DNA from: Candidatus Heimdallarchaeum endolithica | GTDB lineage: Archaea > Asgardarchaeota > Heimdallarchaeia > Heimdallarchaeales > Heimdallarchaeaceae | Assembly: GCA_021513715.1 (NCBI GenBank) | Contig: CP084167.1 | Location: forward strand, 2,624,001 to 2,688,000 | Reading direction: 5' to 3' | DNA length: 64,000 nucleotides | Shown here: one piece after another, positions 52,581 to 63,154 of the stretch | How the letters are laid out: the number at the start of each line of letters is the position of its first letter | How positions within the stretch are numbered: position 1 is the stretch's first letter | The notes under the pieces: model-generated | Told to the model about the DNA's origin: nothing | Database searches by the model: none | What the model saw: only the letters and a program-made list of their open reading frames with translations | Translations under genes and position numbers: made by a program

Positions 52581-53808
52581 CGTCGTTTTTTAGAGTGATT
52601 TCGCAAATGCGATGCTCTGTTTTTTCTAAAGAAATATCTGTTTTACATGTTTCAGTTATCCATTTCTCACAATCATTACACATTATATTGTCAGGATGTT
52701 TCCAGAACCCACAAACAAGTAAAAACTTTTCCTCGTCAAAATAGAAGTCATTTATAAAACTACACTTGTTAAAAAGTTGAATTAGTCTTATCATTGGGTC
52801 AAGTTCGTAGTATATATCTCTTCCAATTTCTTGATTAATTAATTCAATTGTTTTTTCTCTTTCTTTCAATCCCATTTCTCTTATTGCTTGAGTACTTGCG
52901 TGAACAGCTTGTTCTCTTCCTGCTCCTTCTCTGCTAATCTGGAAAAGACATTCTTGAATATAACTATATTCTGAAGCACAGCGTGTTTCTTCACAGAAAA
53001 TTTTATCTTCAAATATGCGTGAAAAAATTGTTTCTAACATCCCTTCTATAAACGAACAAGTTTTTGTAGCAATAACTCCTAAAGAATCTGTCCAAATAGA
53101 ATTTCTAACAGCTATTGAGGCTACTTTCTCTTCTGGGTCAAAATGCATAAGTGAAAATTTGCCCCATCTAGCAACGATAGGTGATTTTAAAATATCTGTA
53201 ATTTTATCTCTGGGTTTTTTAGCACTGTTAATATTGATAGTCTGGATGATTCTTTTTCCTACTTCCTTACCGATTTTATCTAGAACTTGTGATATAGGAT
53301 CTTCCTCACCTTCAAATTGTCCATAAAATATCATTTGTAAAAGGGTAGTAACCTTATCTCTGAGATCTCTTAAAGTTGTAGCCAAAAAAGGAAATTCTTC
53401 AAGAGTGGGGGAAGTAAAATTAACAACGTTCAACAATTCAGGAGATTCTTTTAATTTTGTTATAGATTTTTCCATCTCATCTTCAGTTGAAGAAATCATC
53501 AAATATTCTGTAATTGTTGGGTCGAATATAACAACTGAGAGCATAAATTCTTCTTTTCCACCTCTCGCAAGAGGGTTGGGGACAGAGAAAAACATACTTG
53601 AGTAAACTACATTTACCATTGCGTTGACAAAGGCTTTCATCTCTTGTAAAAAATTAAAATCCATCAGTCTAGTAAGACTAGCAGTAATTCTGTCGTCTTT
53701 AATTTCTGCTATGTGAAAAAGAAGACGAGGACCTAATCGTTGGTCAAAGTGAAAAAGCATCACGTTTATTCTGTCTAAAAGATCTTTAGGTTCACTCATA
53801 TTCTCCAA
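52564..53808 (-). CDS. Longin/uDENN-like domain fused to V4R (Bet3/TRAPP-related) domain
   Basis: FHFDQRLGP...PNPLARGG N-terminus; IGKEVG, WGKF, TCSFIEGML, EETRC and CLFQI V4R pattern. Confidence 0.68.
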   Translation of the reverse strand: MENMSEPKDLLDRINVMLFHFDQRLGPRLLFHIAEIKDDRITASLTRLMDFNFLQEMKAFVNAMVNVVYSSMFFSVPNPLARGGKEEFMLSVVIFDPTITEYLMISSTEDEMEKSITKLKESPELLNVVNFTSPTLEEFPFLATTLRDLRDKVTTLLQMIFYGQFEGEEDPISQVLDKIGKEVGKRIIQTININSAKKPRDKITDILKSPIVARWGKFSLMHFDPEEKVASIAVRNSIWTDSLGVIATKTCSFIEGMLETIFSRIFEDKIFCEETRCASEYSYIQECLFQISREGAGREQAVHASTQAIREMGLKEREKTIELINQEIGRDIYYELDPMIRLIQLFNKCSFINDFYFDEEKFLLVCGFWKHPDNIMCNDCEKWITETCKTDISLEKTEHRICEITLKNDDEEGD

Positions 53809-53843
53809 CTTTCAAATGATTAATATCATACTTCTTTTGCTGT

Positions 53844-54884
53844 TTATAGTTTTTTTGTATAGAGATATCCTATTGCAAATGCAGGGCTAAACTCAACTGA
53901 AATAAAATCACTACCTTTTCCTATTTTAATATTTGTAAATTCCTCATCTTGAGATAGATAATCAAATAATAAGTCTGCGCCTATTCCGAAAAGGACTATT
54001 TTATCAAGTTCATAAGCTTTAAGTTTTTGTATGATCGAGTTTTTAATTATTGCTAATATTTTTTGAATAAGAGCACTAGTTATTTTTTGTAAAAATTCCA
54101 TGTTGTTCTTATAATCAGAAATACAGAACATTCTACTTACGTTCCGATAAGCATTTTCTTTAATTTGATCTAAGGTTAGGTTTGAATCAGTTTGAGAAGT
54201 ATGCAAATCATTTGAAATAAAGAAGAGATCAGTTGTCTTAGCATGAGGAAAAGAAGGAAGGTAAAACTGTTTATCATCAAAAACAAAAGGATTTTCAATA
54301 TTGGCTAAATTAGTTTCTAGAGTTCCAATAAACAACAGTTCATCATTTAGCATTCTGTCGTAGTTGTTTTTTGAATTAGAAGCGTATTTTCCCTCTTTTA
54401 TTGGTGTTAATGAAAAAGTCCTAGTTGAGAATTCAATCGCTAAAAAATCTTCTTTGACAAAGTCAAAAGCTGCTTCAGCTAAAGCTTTCCAACCTGCAGA
54501 TACAACCTTAGAAGGTGTTTTTACTGCTTCAGAGGGAGAAAGAAATGAATTATCCAAGGAGTAGTAACTTACATTCTGTACATATTTATTAACAATTTTA
54601 CCAATAAATTCTACAGCTTCTTGATCAGAATCAAAAACTTGCTCTGCAGTAGTTGTTACTATGAAATCCCTAATTCCAAAGTCACTGTACGAACGCAGAA
54701 GAGATTTAATAAAGGTTTCAAATTCATCTCTTTTATCATATAGTGAAAAAAGAATTCTCTGATAACTTAAAGGTGAATCAGGTTGAGAAGGATCTATCAC
54801 ACAAATTTTCTGTGTTGTGATCCCAATATCTAAGACGGCAATAGCTTTTTTTGAGGTAAAAAAAGCAGAATTTGTAGTGTTCAT
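53844..54884 (-). CDS. Divergent MfnF / hydantoinase-A-like ASKHA protein
   Basis: LDIG, VTTTAE, SAGW and RMLNDELLFIG align with MfnF-family motifs, but several are degenerate. Confidence 0.55.
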   Translation of the reverse strand: MNTTNSAFFTSKKAIAVLDIGITTQKICVIDPSQPDSPLSYQRILFSLYDKRDEFETFIKSLLRSYSDFGIRDFIVTTTAEQVFDSDQEAVEFIGKIVNKYVQNVSYYSLDNSFLSPSEAVKTPSKVVSAGWKALAEAAFDFVKEDFLAIEFSTRTFSLTPIKEGKYASNSKNNYDRMLNDELLFIGTLETNLANIENPFVFDDKQFYLPSFPHAKTTDLFFISNDLHTSQTDSNLTLDQIKENAYRNVSRMFCISDYKNNMEFLQKITSALIQKILAIIKNSIIQKLKAYELDKIVLFGIGADLLFDYLSQDEEFTNIKIGKGSDFISVEFSPAFAIGYLYTKKL

Positions 54885-54962
54885 TTATATTTCTCCTTAA
54901 CTTTATTTTAAAATGATATACACATTACTTAAAATAAGTTTTTGTTTAGTCTTTTTATTTTT

Positions 54963-55607
54963 TCATCTATTTCTAAAGAAGACTCCTTCTGGCTCCTCCT
55001 CCTCTTGTTCTATTTTTGCCTTTTTCAGTTTTTTTTCATTAACTTTAATATTCTTTAAGTAGGTTTTATCTCCAACTAATTTTGCCTTAGGATATATGTT
55101 AGAAATTACTTGACAAACTTCAGCTAGTTTTGCATCTTCTATATATTCTCCTAAGAAAAACTCTTTTCCTTCTCTGGAATAAATGAGAATCATACCTTTG
55201 TTTTTATATTTTCGAAGATCCAGTGATAATTTTCTAGGTATTTTTGACATCCCATATCTTCTTATCTCAACGAGAGGTAAATCATTCTTTCTTATTTTGA
55301 ACCCTGTTACAAGCATTGGTGTGGATCTATATATTAAATGTTTATCTTTTGTTATTTGAATAAAATCACGAGGATAAGATATTTCTTTAAACAAACGATT
55401 AATAAAAATGATTGAAGGTATGGTAATTACAACGATAGCTATTACCCAATCGCCTATATTTTCAGATTTAAAATAAATAATTGTTGCAATAAATGCTCCT
55501 ATCATTATTAATGTTGAAACAAGGTTAAGAACAAAATCTTTCCAACCAAATCTCTTCGCTTGAACTTTAAGTAGTACTTCATCTTCTTTTTTTACCATTT
55601 TAATCAC
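54963..55607 (-). CDS. Two-TM membrane protein with soluble C-terminal domain
   Basis: Two hydrophobic helices; operonic with the upstream genes. Confidence 0.65.
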   Translation of the reverse strand: MIKMVKKEDEVLLKVQAKRFGWKDFVLNLVSTLIMIGAFIATIIYFKSENIGDWVIAIVVITIPSIIFINRLFKEISYPRDFIQITKDKHLIYRSTPMLVTGFKIRKNDLPLVEIRRYGMSKIPRKLSLDLRKYKNKGMILIYSREGKEFFLGEYIEDAKLAEVCQVISNIYPKAKLVGDKTYLKNIKVNEKKLKKAKIEQEEEEPEGVFFRNR

Positions 55608-56596
55608 AATTTCCTGTTAAAATCATTAATCAATTTCACAATAAGGTCTAAACTTTCATCTTCTACCCCAAGAGGAATTACACAACCTGGAGCTAAAATG
55701 TTCCTTTTAATTTGTTTGGTTACCTCTAAACTTTCTCTGATATTGCTAATTATTGCTTCCTTATCTCCCTCGACAAGCTTTTCCTCATTAATTCCAGAAA
55801 GGAAACCCTTTTTTGTAATTTTACTTGCTTCTAAAAGAGAAGGCCATGTAAGTTGATCATGCCAATTATATGCATGGGTTATTATCCTTTCTGTTGCTTT
55901 TTTGAAGAGAATATCTTCTCCATGTATGTGCAATACAGTTAAAGGAGTGTTTTTTCTCACCCTTTTTATCAACTTTTCAATAAAATATAACTCAAATTTG
56001 TTTATTTCCTTAGCTGTTAATGAGATGGTTCTTAAATGCTGGGATGCAATAAACAATCCATCAGCTCCAAAATCAAGAGATGCCATAGAAAACTCTGAAA
56101 TAACCTTATAAAGAATGTTCAACACTTCAAAAATAGTTTTTGGTTCTTTCTTTATGTGCTCTTCTATATTCCTATCTAGCTTTGAAGCAACCATTAATGG
56201 GCTAAAAATTGTATTAATTTTGGGTAAAAATTCCAGTTTTCTATTTATTAATTCAACTGCGCGAAGTTGTTTGCCAAATTCTCCATCATTTACATCAACT
56301 TGTTCAATATTTTCCCAATCTTCGATTTTTGTTATTACAGGATTAGCACATCTTGTTGAACCACTTATAGGATCATATTCATCAGCTATTTTACATCCAA
56401 AATCGATGCAAGGATAACGTCCATGAAGAGAAATTTTCATTAAATCGAAGTTGAAACGATTGTAATAGTTAATATGGGCTTTAGCCAATTTTTCTGGATC
56501 AAGATCGAGTAAAGGAAAATGGCGCCAAAAAGAAAAAAGAATTTTTTCATCATTTAGTCCAGAAAATGTGTCAAGAACGAGTTGTAATTTGTCCAT
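55604..56596 (-). CDS. Uroporphyrinogen decarboxylase-family protein
   Basis: SFWRHF, TIFSP, LHIHG and ILAPGCVI motifs. Confidence 0.82.
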   Translation of the reverse strand: MDKLQLVLDTFSGLNDEKILFSFWRHFPLLDLDPEKLAKAHINYYNRFNFDLMKISLHGRYPCIDFGCKIADEYDPISGSTRCANPVITKIEDWENIEQVDVNDGEFGKQLRAVELINRKLEFLPKINTIFSPLMVASKLDRNIEEHIKKEPKTIFEVLNILYKVISEFSMASLDFGADGLFIASQHLRTISLTAKEINKFELYFIEKLIKRVRKNTPLTVLHIHGEDILFKKATERIITHAYNWHDQLTWPSLLEASKITKKGFLSGINEEKLVEGDKEAIISNIRESLEVTKQIKRNILAPGCVIPLGVEDESLDLIVKLINDFNRKL

Positions 56597-57148
56597 CTAG
56601 AAATCCCTCGGCTTACATAATAGTTCTCTCATCTGTAGTTCGAAGAATGTATTTGTATGAGCAGGTTTAACTACCCATGCAGTATCTGCACCACTTCCTG
56701 TTCCACCAACAGAAATTACGTCCTCCATTTTAATTAGTCCGGCATCAGCAGCCATTAGAACTATTTCTGCTACAACCTTTGTTCCTTGACCAAAAATACG
56801 AAGGGTTTCAGCTATTAACTCTGAAATTTGCCAAGTACCATGTTTTTTTCGAATTGCTCTGTCAACTCCAGCTAAAGCATGAGTTGCAGTTAAAACTTCA
56901 ACACCTTTTTCTTTTAATGATTCAATTACTTCTTTAGAAATCTCCATCTCTCCTGGATTGCGAAAGCCTGCTTGATGTGTAACTGCAATAATTCTAGCAT
57001 TTTTAACGTTTTCTGCAGCATACAACGCTGTTTGACCCCTTGTGGTTGCCACAATAACTGTGTCAATTGAGCTCTCTTTTAGTTTTTGATTAACGAGTTC
57101 AAATACTTGCTCTGAATAATCTCCTGGTGTTTCAAAATACACTGTCAT
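56597..57148 (-). CDS. Pyruvate kinase C-terminal-like domain protein (MTH1675 family)
   Basis: VATTRGQTA, VTHQAGF, FGQGTKV, MAADAG and GGTGSGADTA motifs. Confidence 0.88.
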   Translation of the reverse strand: MTVYFETPGDYSEQVFELVNQKLKESSIDTVIVATTRGQTALYAAENVKNARIIAVTHQAGFRNPGEMEISKEVIESLKEKGVEVLTATHALAGVDRAIRKKHGTWQISELIAETLRIFGQGTKVVAEIVLMAADAGLIKMEDVISVGGTGSGADTAWVVKPAHTNTFFELQMRELLCKPRDF

Positions 57149-57241
57149 TAAATAAAATAAAAAAAATTGTTTTATAAAGTTTTTATAAAAATATCTTTGT
57201 TTCTGAGAAGATATATAAATAACTATTTTATTAGTTAAATT

Positions 57242-57658
57242 GTGGTAAATGTGTCGATGACATTCGAAATTAATGAAGCAAAGTATAATCCTTTGAAATT
57301 ATCAGTCAAAAAAATAATCATACCTAAAGGGCAAGAAGAAATTATTGATAGGTTAAAGGGTTGTATTTCTGCAGCATTAATAGGTTTATCAAAAGAAGTA
57401 ATTTACACACTTTTAGTATTAGCAAAACGTGAGTGGGAGAAAGCAAATATGAAACCATTGAATGATTTCAGATTTATGCATGTCAATGAAAGAATCAAAG
57501 CATTTGATAGTATGATAAAAACTTTCATAGTCCATTTAAACTCCGTTTTAATATCTCCATTAGATGAGAGTCAACAAGCATTTCTCAGAAAAAATGCTCT
57601 TACAAACTATAAAGATATTCTGGAAACAGAAGGTTATGTTGTCACGTATGAAATTTGA
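57242..57658 (+). CDS. Hypothetical protein
   Basis: 138-aa ORF filling the gap between genes; no motif. Confidence 0.55.
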   Translation: MVNVSMTFEINEAKYNPLKLSVKKIIIPKGQEEIIDRLKGCISAALIGLSKEVIYTLLVLAKREWEKANMKPLNDFRFMHVNERIKAFDSMIKTFIVHLNSVLISPLDESQQAFLRKNALTNYKDILETEGYVVTYEI

Positions 57659-57755
57659 TTTAAAAAAACTTTGAGCTATTTGTTGCTCAAATCTATTAAA
57701 AGATAAATACTAGAATTTGGGAAAAGCATAAATAATAAATTTCTTTCAAAATTGT

Positions 57756-60374
57756 ATGAAAGTAAAGAAATTTATGTTATTTTTAGTTATCCTATCTATT
57801 CTAACGCTAAATTTCGCAGTTTTACAAAGTAAAGCTGATTCTCCGCAAAATATTCTAATCTTATCAGAAATAATAGATGATTCTATTAAGGATAGATTTC
57901 AACTTGATCCTTCATTTTCTATAACTATTCAGTCTCAACTCCCAAGTTCTCTTGATAATTATGCTGGGATAATTTTGTATGACTATGCACCTAAAAGTTC
58001 TGAATATGAACAAATTCTAACTTTTTCTGGTGGTATCGCTAGTTTCGTTGGTACCTCATTATTGTCTAATAGTTCAATTTTACTTGCTCTAAATATGATA
58101 TCTGACTCTGTAGGAGAATTGATAAATTCTACAGCTCTTCCAGAACCATTAGATTCAAAATCTGAACATCAACTAATAGCTAACATTAGATGGAATTCAG
58201 TTGTTCAAATTAGGAATTTTACAAATTTAGCTTTAGCAAATACAATTCTTATAGAGACCTCTTCTGAAAGTGAAACACCGAATGTTCCATTGGTCAGCGT
58301 TAATAATGATGATTCGCGTATTGCTATTAATTTTCTTCCTAGTGAGGAGTCTAATAGCGAATTTATTCAATGGCCTTATTTTAATTACTTCCTAAACATA
58401 ATACTTAATCTAATCTCATTTCAAGAACCACAATCTTACGCAGATTGGCCTTACTCTCCTGTTCCTCATAAATCATCAACAATAGGTTTAGGTTTAATGG
58501 TTTTGCTTACATCAGCTATTACTATTGCTGTTTTTATAATTGTAAAAAAATATTCTAATAGGAACCCTATCAAAAAAGAAGATCTAGAGGAAATAAGCAA
58601 AGAAATCAAAGAAGAAAAAGACTGGGAAGATATTGGAATGCATAGACAGCTTGCAGGTTTCTTTGTTCAATTGTTTATTGGTTTACTTATTATTCTCCCC
58701 AATGTAGTCATGTCTTCTCTTATTTTTCCACTTTATATACTTCCAAGTCCTCAAGCTGCAGGTTTTTATGATTTTACAATAAGATTTTTTGAAGTTTTAT
58801 GGTTAATGTTCGATATTGGTACCTCTGTTGTACTTGTAAAGTTCTTTAGTCAACATAGAGTTAAAAATCCACAACAAGCAGTAAAATATATTCAAATTTT
58901 CATCTATTATCAGATGATCAGTGGAGTTCTCCAACTCTTTTTGGTTTCATTTCTAGGGTCGATCTTCTTCCCTCGTTCTTTTTTGGCTCATCTAAGTTGG
59001 CTTTTTGTAACTCACGCTTTCTTCCAATGGCCAGCGTTTTTTGTTGTTTTCATGCTAATTTTTCAAGCAATGAACAGACATGACTTGTACCAGATTCTAA
59101 ATATTCTCTTATACGGGGTTTTTAATATAACCATTCAGTATTGTGTTATTGTGATTTTTAGATTTACTTTAGGAAAAAATCCAATTTTTGGCGATGGTTT
59201 GGCAGGAGCTATTGGATATAGTGTTGGAAACTATGTAATACAAGTAGTCACATTTCTATTAGGTTTATGGATGTTTAAACGTCAAAAATTCTCTATAAAA
59301 AGCATATTTCGAATAGATTTTTCTATGGCTGAAGTTAAAGAGTCTCTAAGTTTCGGTTTTAAGTGGATGATAGGAAATATTCTTCCTCCGTTAGGTTGGT
59401 TTGCACAAATGTTTCTTCTTTCAACTTTTCTTCCTAACTACACAGAACAACAAGGTTATTTCTCTCTAGCATGGAATTTTGCGTTAATAGTTATGATAGC
59501 TGGACTCTTTGCACAATCAATTTTACCAGGCGTTTCCGAGTCGTACCATGGCAAGAAAAAGATTCTAACAAGATACTACACAGTAAATTCTTTGAAGTGG
59601 GGCGCATATTTTGATTGGTTCTTTGTTTCAGCACTGTTGGCTATTGGACCTCGTTTTATCATTGGAGGAGCAGGGGAAGAATGGGCTTCTGCAGCAGTTA
59701 TTATACGATGGATACTCTTATTCCATTTCTTCGGTTATTTATCGTGGCTTGGTGATTGGATGTTTGCAGGTTCAGATCGTCCTGGATGGGCTGCAATAAG
59801 CTGGGTAATAGAACAAGTAATAAGAACAGGATTGCTGGTTGCGTTCATTCCAGCATATAAATTCTTTACGATTCACTTCAATTCGCCTATGGTTGGAGTA
59901 CTTTTTGCATATATTCCTGCTCTAATTATAAAGAATGCATTTATGTGGTGGGGGATACGTAGAGATGACTTTTTCAAGTTCAGATGGAAAGACCTATGGT
60001 ATCAAGGGGTAGTAACTCCTCTACTTTCTGCTCTAGCATTGTTTGGTGTACTTGAACTACTATTTTCGTTAATTTGGAAAGGTGAAATAATTACATCAGT
60101 CGTAATTCTGTTAATTGGTATAATACCTGGACTTTACCTTTTTGCATTCTTTATGGGACTATTTGGTGGATTCGATGATAACACTTTAGCAGAATTCAAG
60201 AGAAGTACAGATATGGTAAAGGGAGTAGGATTTATGGCTAGACCTCTTTACAAACTTACAGAATGGGGAGCTAAGATTTCTCCCCTTCACAACAGATTCC
60301 CTATTTCTATATATAATAATGCAATTAAAGAAGCAGAAGAATTAACAAAAGAAAAAGCTAAACTTGTAATCTAA
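57756..60374 (+). CDS. Large membrane protein: extracellular N-domain plus MOP/flippase-like multi-TM domain
   Basis: Signal peptide, ~220-aa soluble domain, then 12-14 TM helices (FDIGTSVVLVKF motif). Confidence 0.65.
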   Translation: MKVKKFMLFLVILSILTLNFAVLQSKADSPQNILILSEIIDDSIKDRFQLDPSFSITIQSQLPSSLDNYAGIILYDYAPKSSEYEQILTFSGGIASFVGTSLLSNSSILLALNMISDSVGELINSTALPEPLDSKSEHQLIANIRWNSVVQIRNFTNLALANTILIETSSESETPNVPLVSVNNDDSRIAINFLPSEESNSEFIQWPYFNYFLNIILNLISFQEPQSYADWPYSPVPHKSSTIGLGLMVLLTSAITIAVFIIVKKYSNRNPIKKEDLEEISKEIKEEKDWEDIGMHRQLAGFFVQLFIGLLIILPNVVMSSLIFPLYILPSPQAAGFYDFTIRFFEVLWLMFDIGTSVVLVKFFSQHRVKNPQQAVKYIQIFIYYQMISGVLQLFLVSFLGSIFFPRSFLAHLSWLFVTHAFFQWPAFFVVFMLIFQAMNRHDLYQILNILLYGVFNITIQYCVIVIFRFTLGKNPIFGDGLAGAIGYSVGNYVIQVVTFLLGLWMFKRQKFSIKSIFRIDFSMAEVKESLSFGFKWMIGNILPPLGWFAQMFLLSTFLPNYTEQQGYFSLAWNFALIVMIAGLFAQSILPGVSESYHGKKKILTRYYTVNSLKWGAYFDWFFVSALLAIGPRFIIGGAGEEWASAAVIIRWILLFHFFGYLSWLGDWMFAGSDRPGWAAISWVIEQVIRTGLLVAFIPAYKFFTIHFNSPMVGVLFAYIPALIIKNAFMWWGIRRDDFFKFRWKDLWYQGVVTPLLSALALFGVLELLFSLIWKGEIITSVVILLIGIIPGLYLFAFFMGLFGGFDDNTLAEFKRSTDMVKGVGFMARPLYKLTEWGAKISPLHNRFPISIYNNAIKEAEELTKEKAKLVI

Positions 60375-60379
60375 ATCTA

Positions 60380-60853
60380 TTATATCCATTTATTTTTATT
60401 TTTTTTATGTTTCATAATTGTATGTTTTACCCAATTTTCAACTTCTTGGTCTTTCAATAATTCTTCACAATATTCCCAATATTCTCCGGCTAGGAGCCCC
60501 ATAAGAGCTATTTTTTTGAATTTACTAGGCTTTTTAGGTGTTAATACAAACAAAAAAAGATATTTTGCAGCCTTATCTTTTATTTTTTTGATATCAACAT
60601 TATCTGAAAATACTATTTCATCATCACGAATAGTTACAGCTACATCAGAACTCATAGTAGTTAAATTAGCTATCTTAACTAAAGCAAGTAAAGCATAATT
60701 TCGTATCCAATCTATACGAGAAAAAGTTAATGCATGGTGATAAAGAGAAGAAATACAACCATTTTTTATTAGTTCTCGCATGGCCTGTTTTCTCGTTTTG
60801 TCTCCAGATGAGGGTCTTACAATTAACTCATCAAACTCTTTACAATTGTTCAT
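60380..60853 (-). CDS. Hypothetical helical protein
   Basis: 157-aa ORF. Confidence 0.55.
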   Translation of the reverse strand: MNNCKEFDELIVRPSSGDKTRKQAMRELIKNGCISSLYHHALTFSRIDWIRNYALLALVKIANLTTMSSDVAVTIRDDEIVFSDNVDIKKIKDKAAKYLFLFVLTPKKPSKFKKIALMGLLAGEYWEYCEELLKDQEVENWVKHTIMKHKKNKNKWI

Positions 60854-60904
60854 TATTATTAGTTGGTTATTTAAAAAGATAAAAGTTGCTGTGGAATAGC
60901 ATAA

Positions 60905-63082
60905 CTATTCTTTATATTCAAATCTTTCTGAAACTCTAATGTCTCTAGATGAAAAACCTATAAGCAGCTCAAATGTTCCTTCTTCTACTTTCCATTGATG
61001 TAGCTGTGGATCATAGTATTGTAAATGTTCTTTGTTGAAATTAAATTGAATTTCCTTCTCCTCTCTACTTCTAAGTGTTATCTTAACAAAACCTTTCAGC
61101 TCCTTAAAGGGTCGAATTAATGAACTATCGATATCTCGAATATAAGCTTGAACCACAACTTTTCCTTCTCTGTTTCCTGTATTTTTTACCTTAAATTTTA
61201 CTTCTATGGTTTCATTACCCTTGAAAGTTTTCTTGTTCAAAGTAAGTTTTTCACAATTGAAAGAAGTATATGATAAACCATGACCAAATGGAAATTGAGG
61301 TTCTATTTCATGAGTGTCAAAATGCCTGTATCCTATCATTATTCCTTCCTTATAACGCATTGTTGTTGAAACAAAAAAGCGTTTTTTTTCTTTTGTATTT
61401 TGCTTTAAGTGTTTGATTTTTTGATTAAGGAAGTCTTTCGAATAATTTGCTACAGTAGAAAAATCATTCCATCTTTTGGCCATTGTGAAAGGAAGTTTAC
61501 CTGAAGGGTTAACTTTTCCTAAAATGACTTCTGCAACAGGAATAGCAGCATTCTGACCAAGGTAAAAACTGTGAATAATAGCTTCAGCTGAGTTTATCCA
61601 ACTTTCTGTTTCAAACCCTCCTCCTGCATTAACTACTACGATTATTTTTTTGTTTAGTTCAGCAACTTTGTTGATAAGTTTAGATTGATTTTGAACAAAT
61701 TCCCAAGGTCTATCAAATGTTTCTGATTCTTCCCATTCAGTGAAACCCGTGCAAATAATGACTTTATCTGCAGTTTTTATTTGTTGTTGATATTTATTAG
61801 CTATTTTATCTTTACTAGTTTTAATTGGGATGAAATTAATATTTGGTGCTAATTCAACTAAAGCTTCGAAGATACTTTTAGGATTAGATACATGAACATA
61901 GCATGATCCTCCTCCACTTGTAGGTGTCTTAAATGCATTTCTCCCCAAAACAGCTATATTTTGTTTTTTCATCATGTTGATTGGTAAGCAATTTCCATCA
62001 TTTTTTAACAGAACAATACTCTCTCTAGCTATTTCAAGAGCAATATCATTATTTATTTTTAAGATGCTTTTAAAATTTCTTTTTTCTTTTTTTCTTCCAT
62101 ATATACCCATCGCAAAAAATACTTTAAGGATATTTCTAACTTTAGAGTCAATCTCAATAAAAGAAGAAGCATTGTTATCCTTGTGTTTTTTTTGTAAATA
62201 ATTAAGAATTCTTTTTGTTGTGTAGAATTTTGCTTCAGGCATTTCAATATCTAATCCAGCTTCTAATGGCCCTTCAGTACTATAAACTGAATCCCAATCA
62301 GATATTATAATCCCATCAAATTTCCACTTATTTCGCAAAACTTCAGTAAGTAGTTCTCTGTTTTCGCTACAGTGAACTCCATTTACTAAATTGTAAGCAG
62401 ACATTACAGCTTTTGCTTTTCCTTTTTGTACAGCAGCCTTGAAAGCAGGGAAATATATTTCATGGAGAGTTCTTTCATCCACAATTACATTAGTAGAGTG
62501 CCTTTTGTATTCTGAATTGTTTGCTACAAAGTGTTTAACAGTTGCTATAATACCAGTTTTTTGTAAACCTTGGATATAAGATACAACAAGCTCTGAAGCT
62601 AAAAAGGGATCTTCTCCCATATACTCAAAATTTCTTCCGTTGGTGGGAACACGATAAATATTTACTCCTGGACCAAGTAAAACAGATATGCCTTTAGATA
62701 AACACTCCTCTCCTATTGCTTCACCAACTTTTAAAATTAAATCTTTATTCCAACTAGCTGTCATAGCTAACAGAACTGGAAAAGCTGTAGATTTTCCATA
62801 CGTTCTGATTCCAGAAGATGCGTCTGTAGTCCATACTCGTGGAAGTTTAAAGCGATCCACACCTGAAATAGCAAACATTTCTTCTCCTGAAAGAAGACTT
62901 ATTTTTTCGTTAATTGTTAATTTGCTTAGAAGGTATTCAACCTTTTTTTCTGTTGTTTCAAGTGAAAAAAAATCTTGTTTTCTGATTTCCTCATTAAGTT
63001 TAATATCAACATTAAGTTTTTCACTGAAATCACGGGGAGTAGTAAAAATATGGTGAAGCACAAATTTTAACAAATTATTCAT
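60905..63082 (-). CDS. GH3 beta-glucosidase
   Basis: GRNFEYMGEDP, KHFVAN, ISDW, ESIVLLKN, PSGKLP and FGHGLSYT motifs; Fn3-like C-terminus. Confidence 0.95.
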   Translation of the reverse strand: MNNLLKFVLHHIFTTPRDFSEKLNVDIKLNEEIRKQDFFSLETTEKKVEYLLSKLTINEKISLLSGEEMFAISGVDRFKLPRVWTTDASSGIRTYGKSTAFPVLLAMTASWNKDLILKVGEAIGEECLSKGISVLLGPGVNIYRVPTNGRNFEYMGEDPFLASELVVSYIQGLQKTGIIATVKHFVANNSEYKRHSTNVIVDERTLHEIYFPAFKAAVQKGKAKAVMSAYNLVNGVHCSENRELLTEVLRNKWKFDGIIISDWDSVYSTEGPLEAGLDIEMPEAKFYTTKRILNYLQKKHKDNNASSFIEIDSKVRNILKVFFAMGIYGRKKEKRNFKSILKINNDIALEIARESIVLLKNDGNCLPINMMKKQNIAVLGRNAFKTPTSGGGSCYVHVSNPKSIFEALVELAPNINFIPIKTSKDKIANKYQQQIKTADKVIICTGFTEWEESETFDRPWEFVQNQSKLINKVAELNKKIIVVVNAGGGFETESWINSAEAIIHSFYLGQNAAIPVAEVILGKVNPSGKLPFTMAKRWNDFSTVANYSKDFLNQKIKHLKQNTKEKKRFFVSTTMRYKEGIMIGYRHFDTHEIEPQFPFGHGLSYTSFNCEKLTLNKKTFKGNETIEVKFKVKNTGNREGKVVVQAYIRDIDSSLIRPFKELKGFVKITLRSREEKEIQFNFNKEHLQYYDPQLHQWKVEEGTFELLIGFSSRDIRVSERFEYKE

Positions 63083-63154
63083 TTATATTATAAAAACTAA
63101 ATGAATAGTTAAGTGTTATTATTAGAATACGTTAATTCTTCATAAAAAAGGCAA

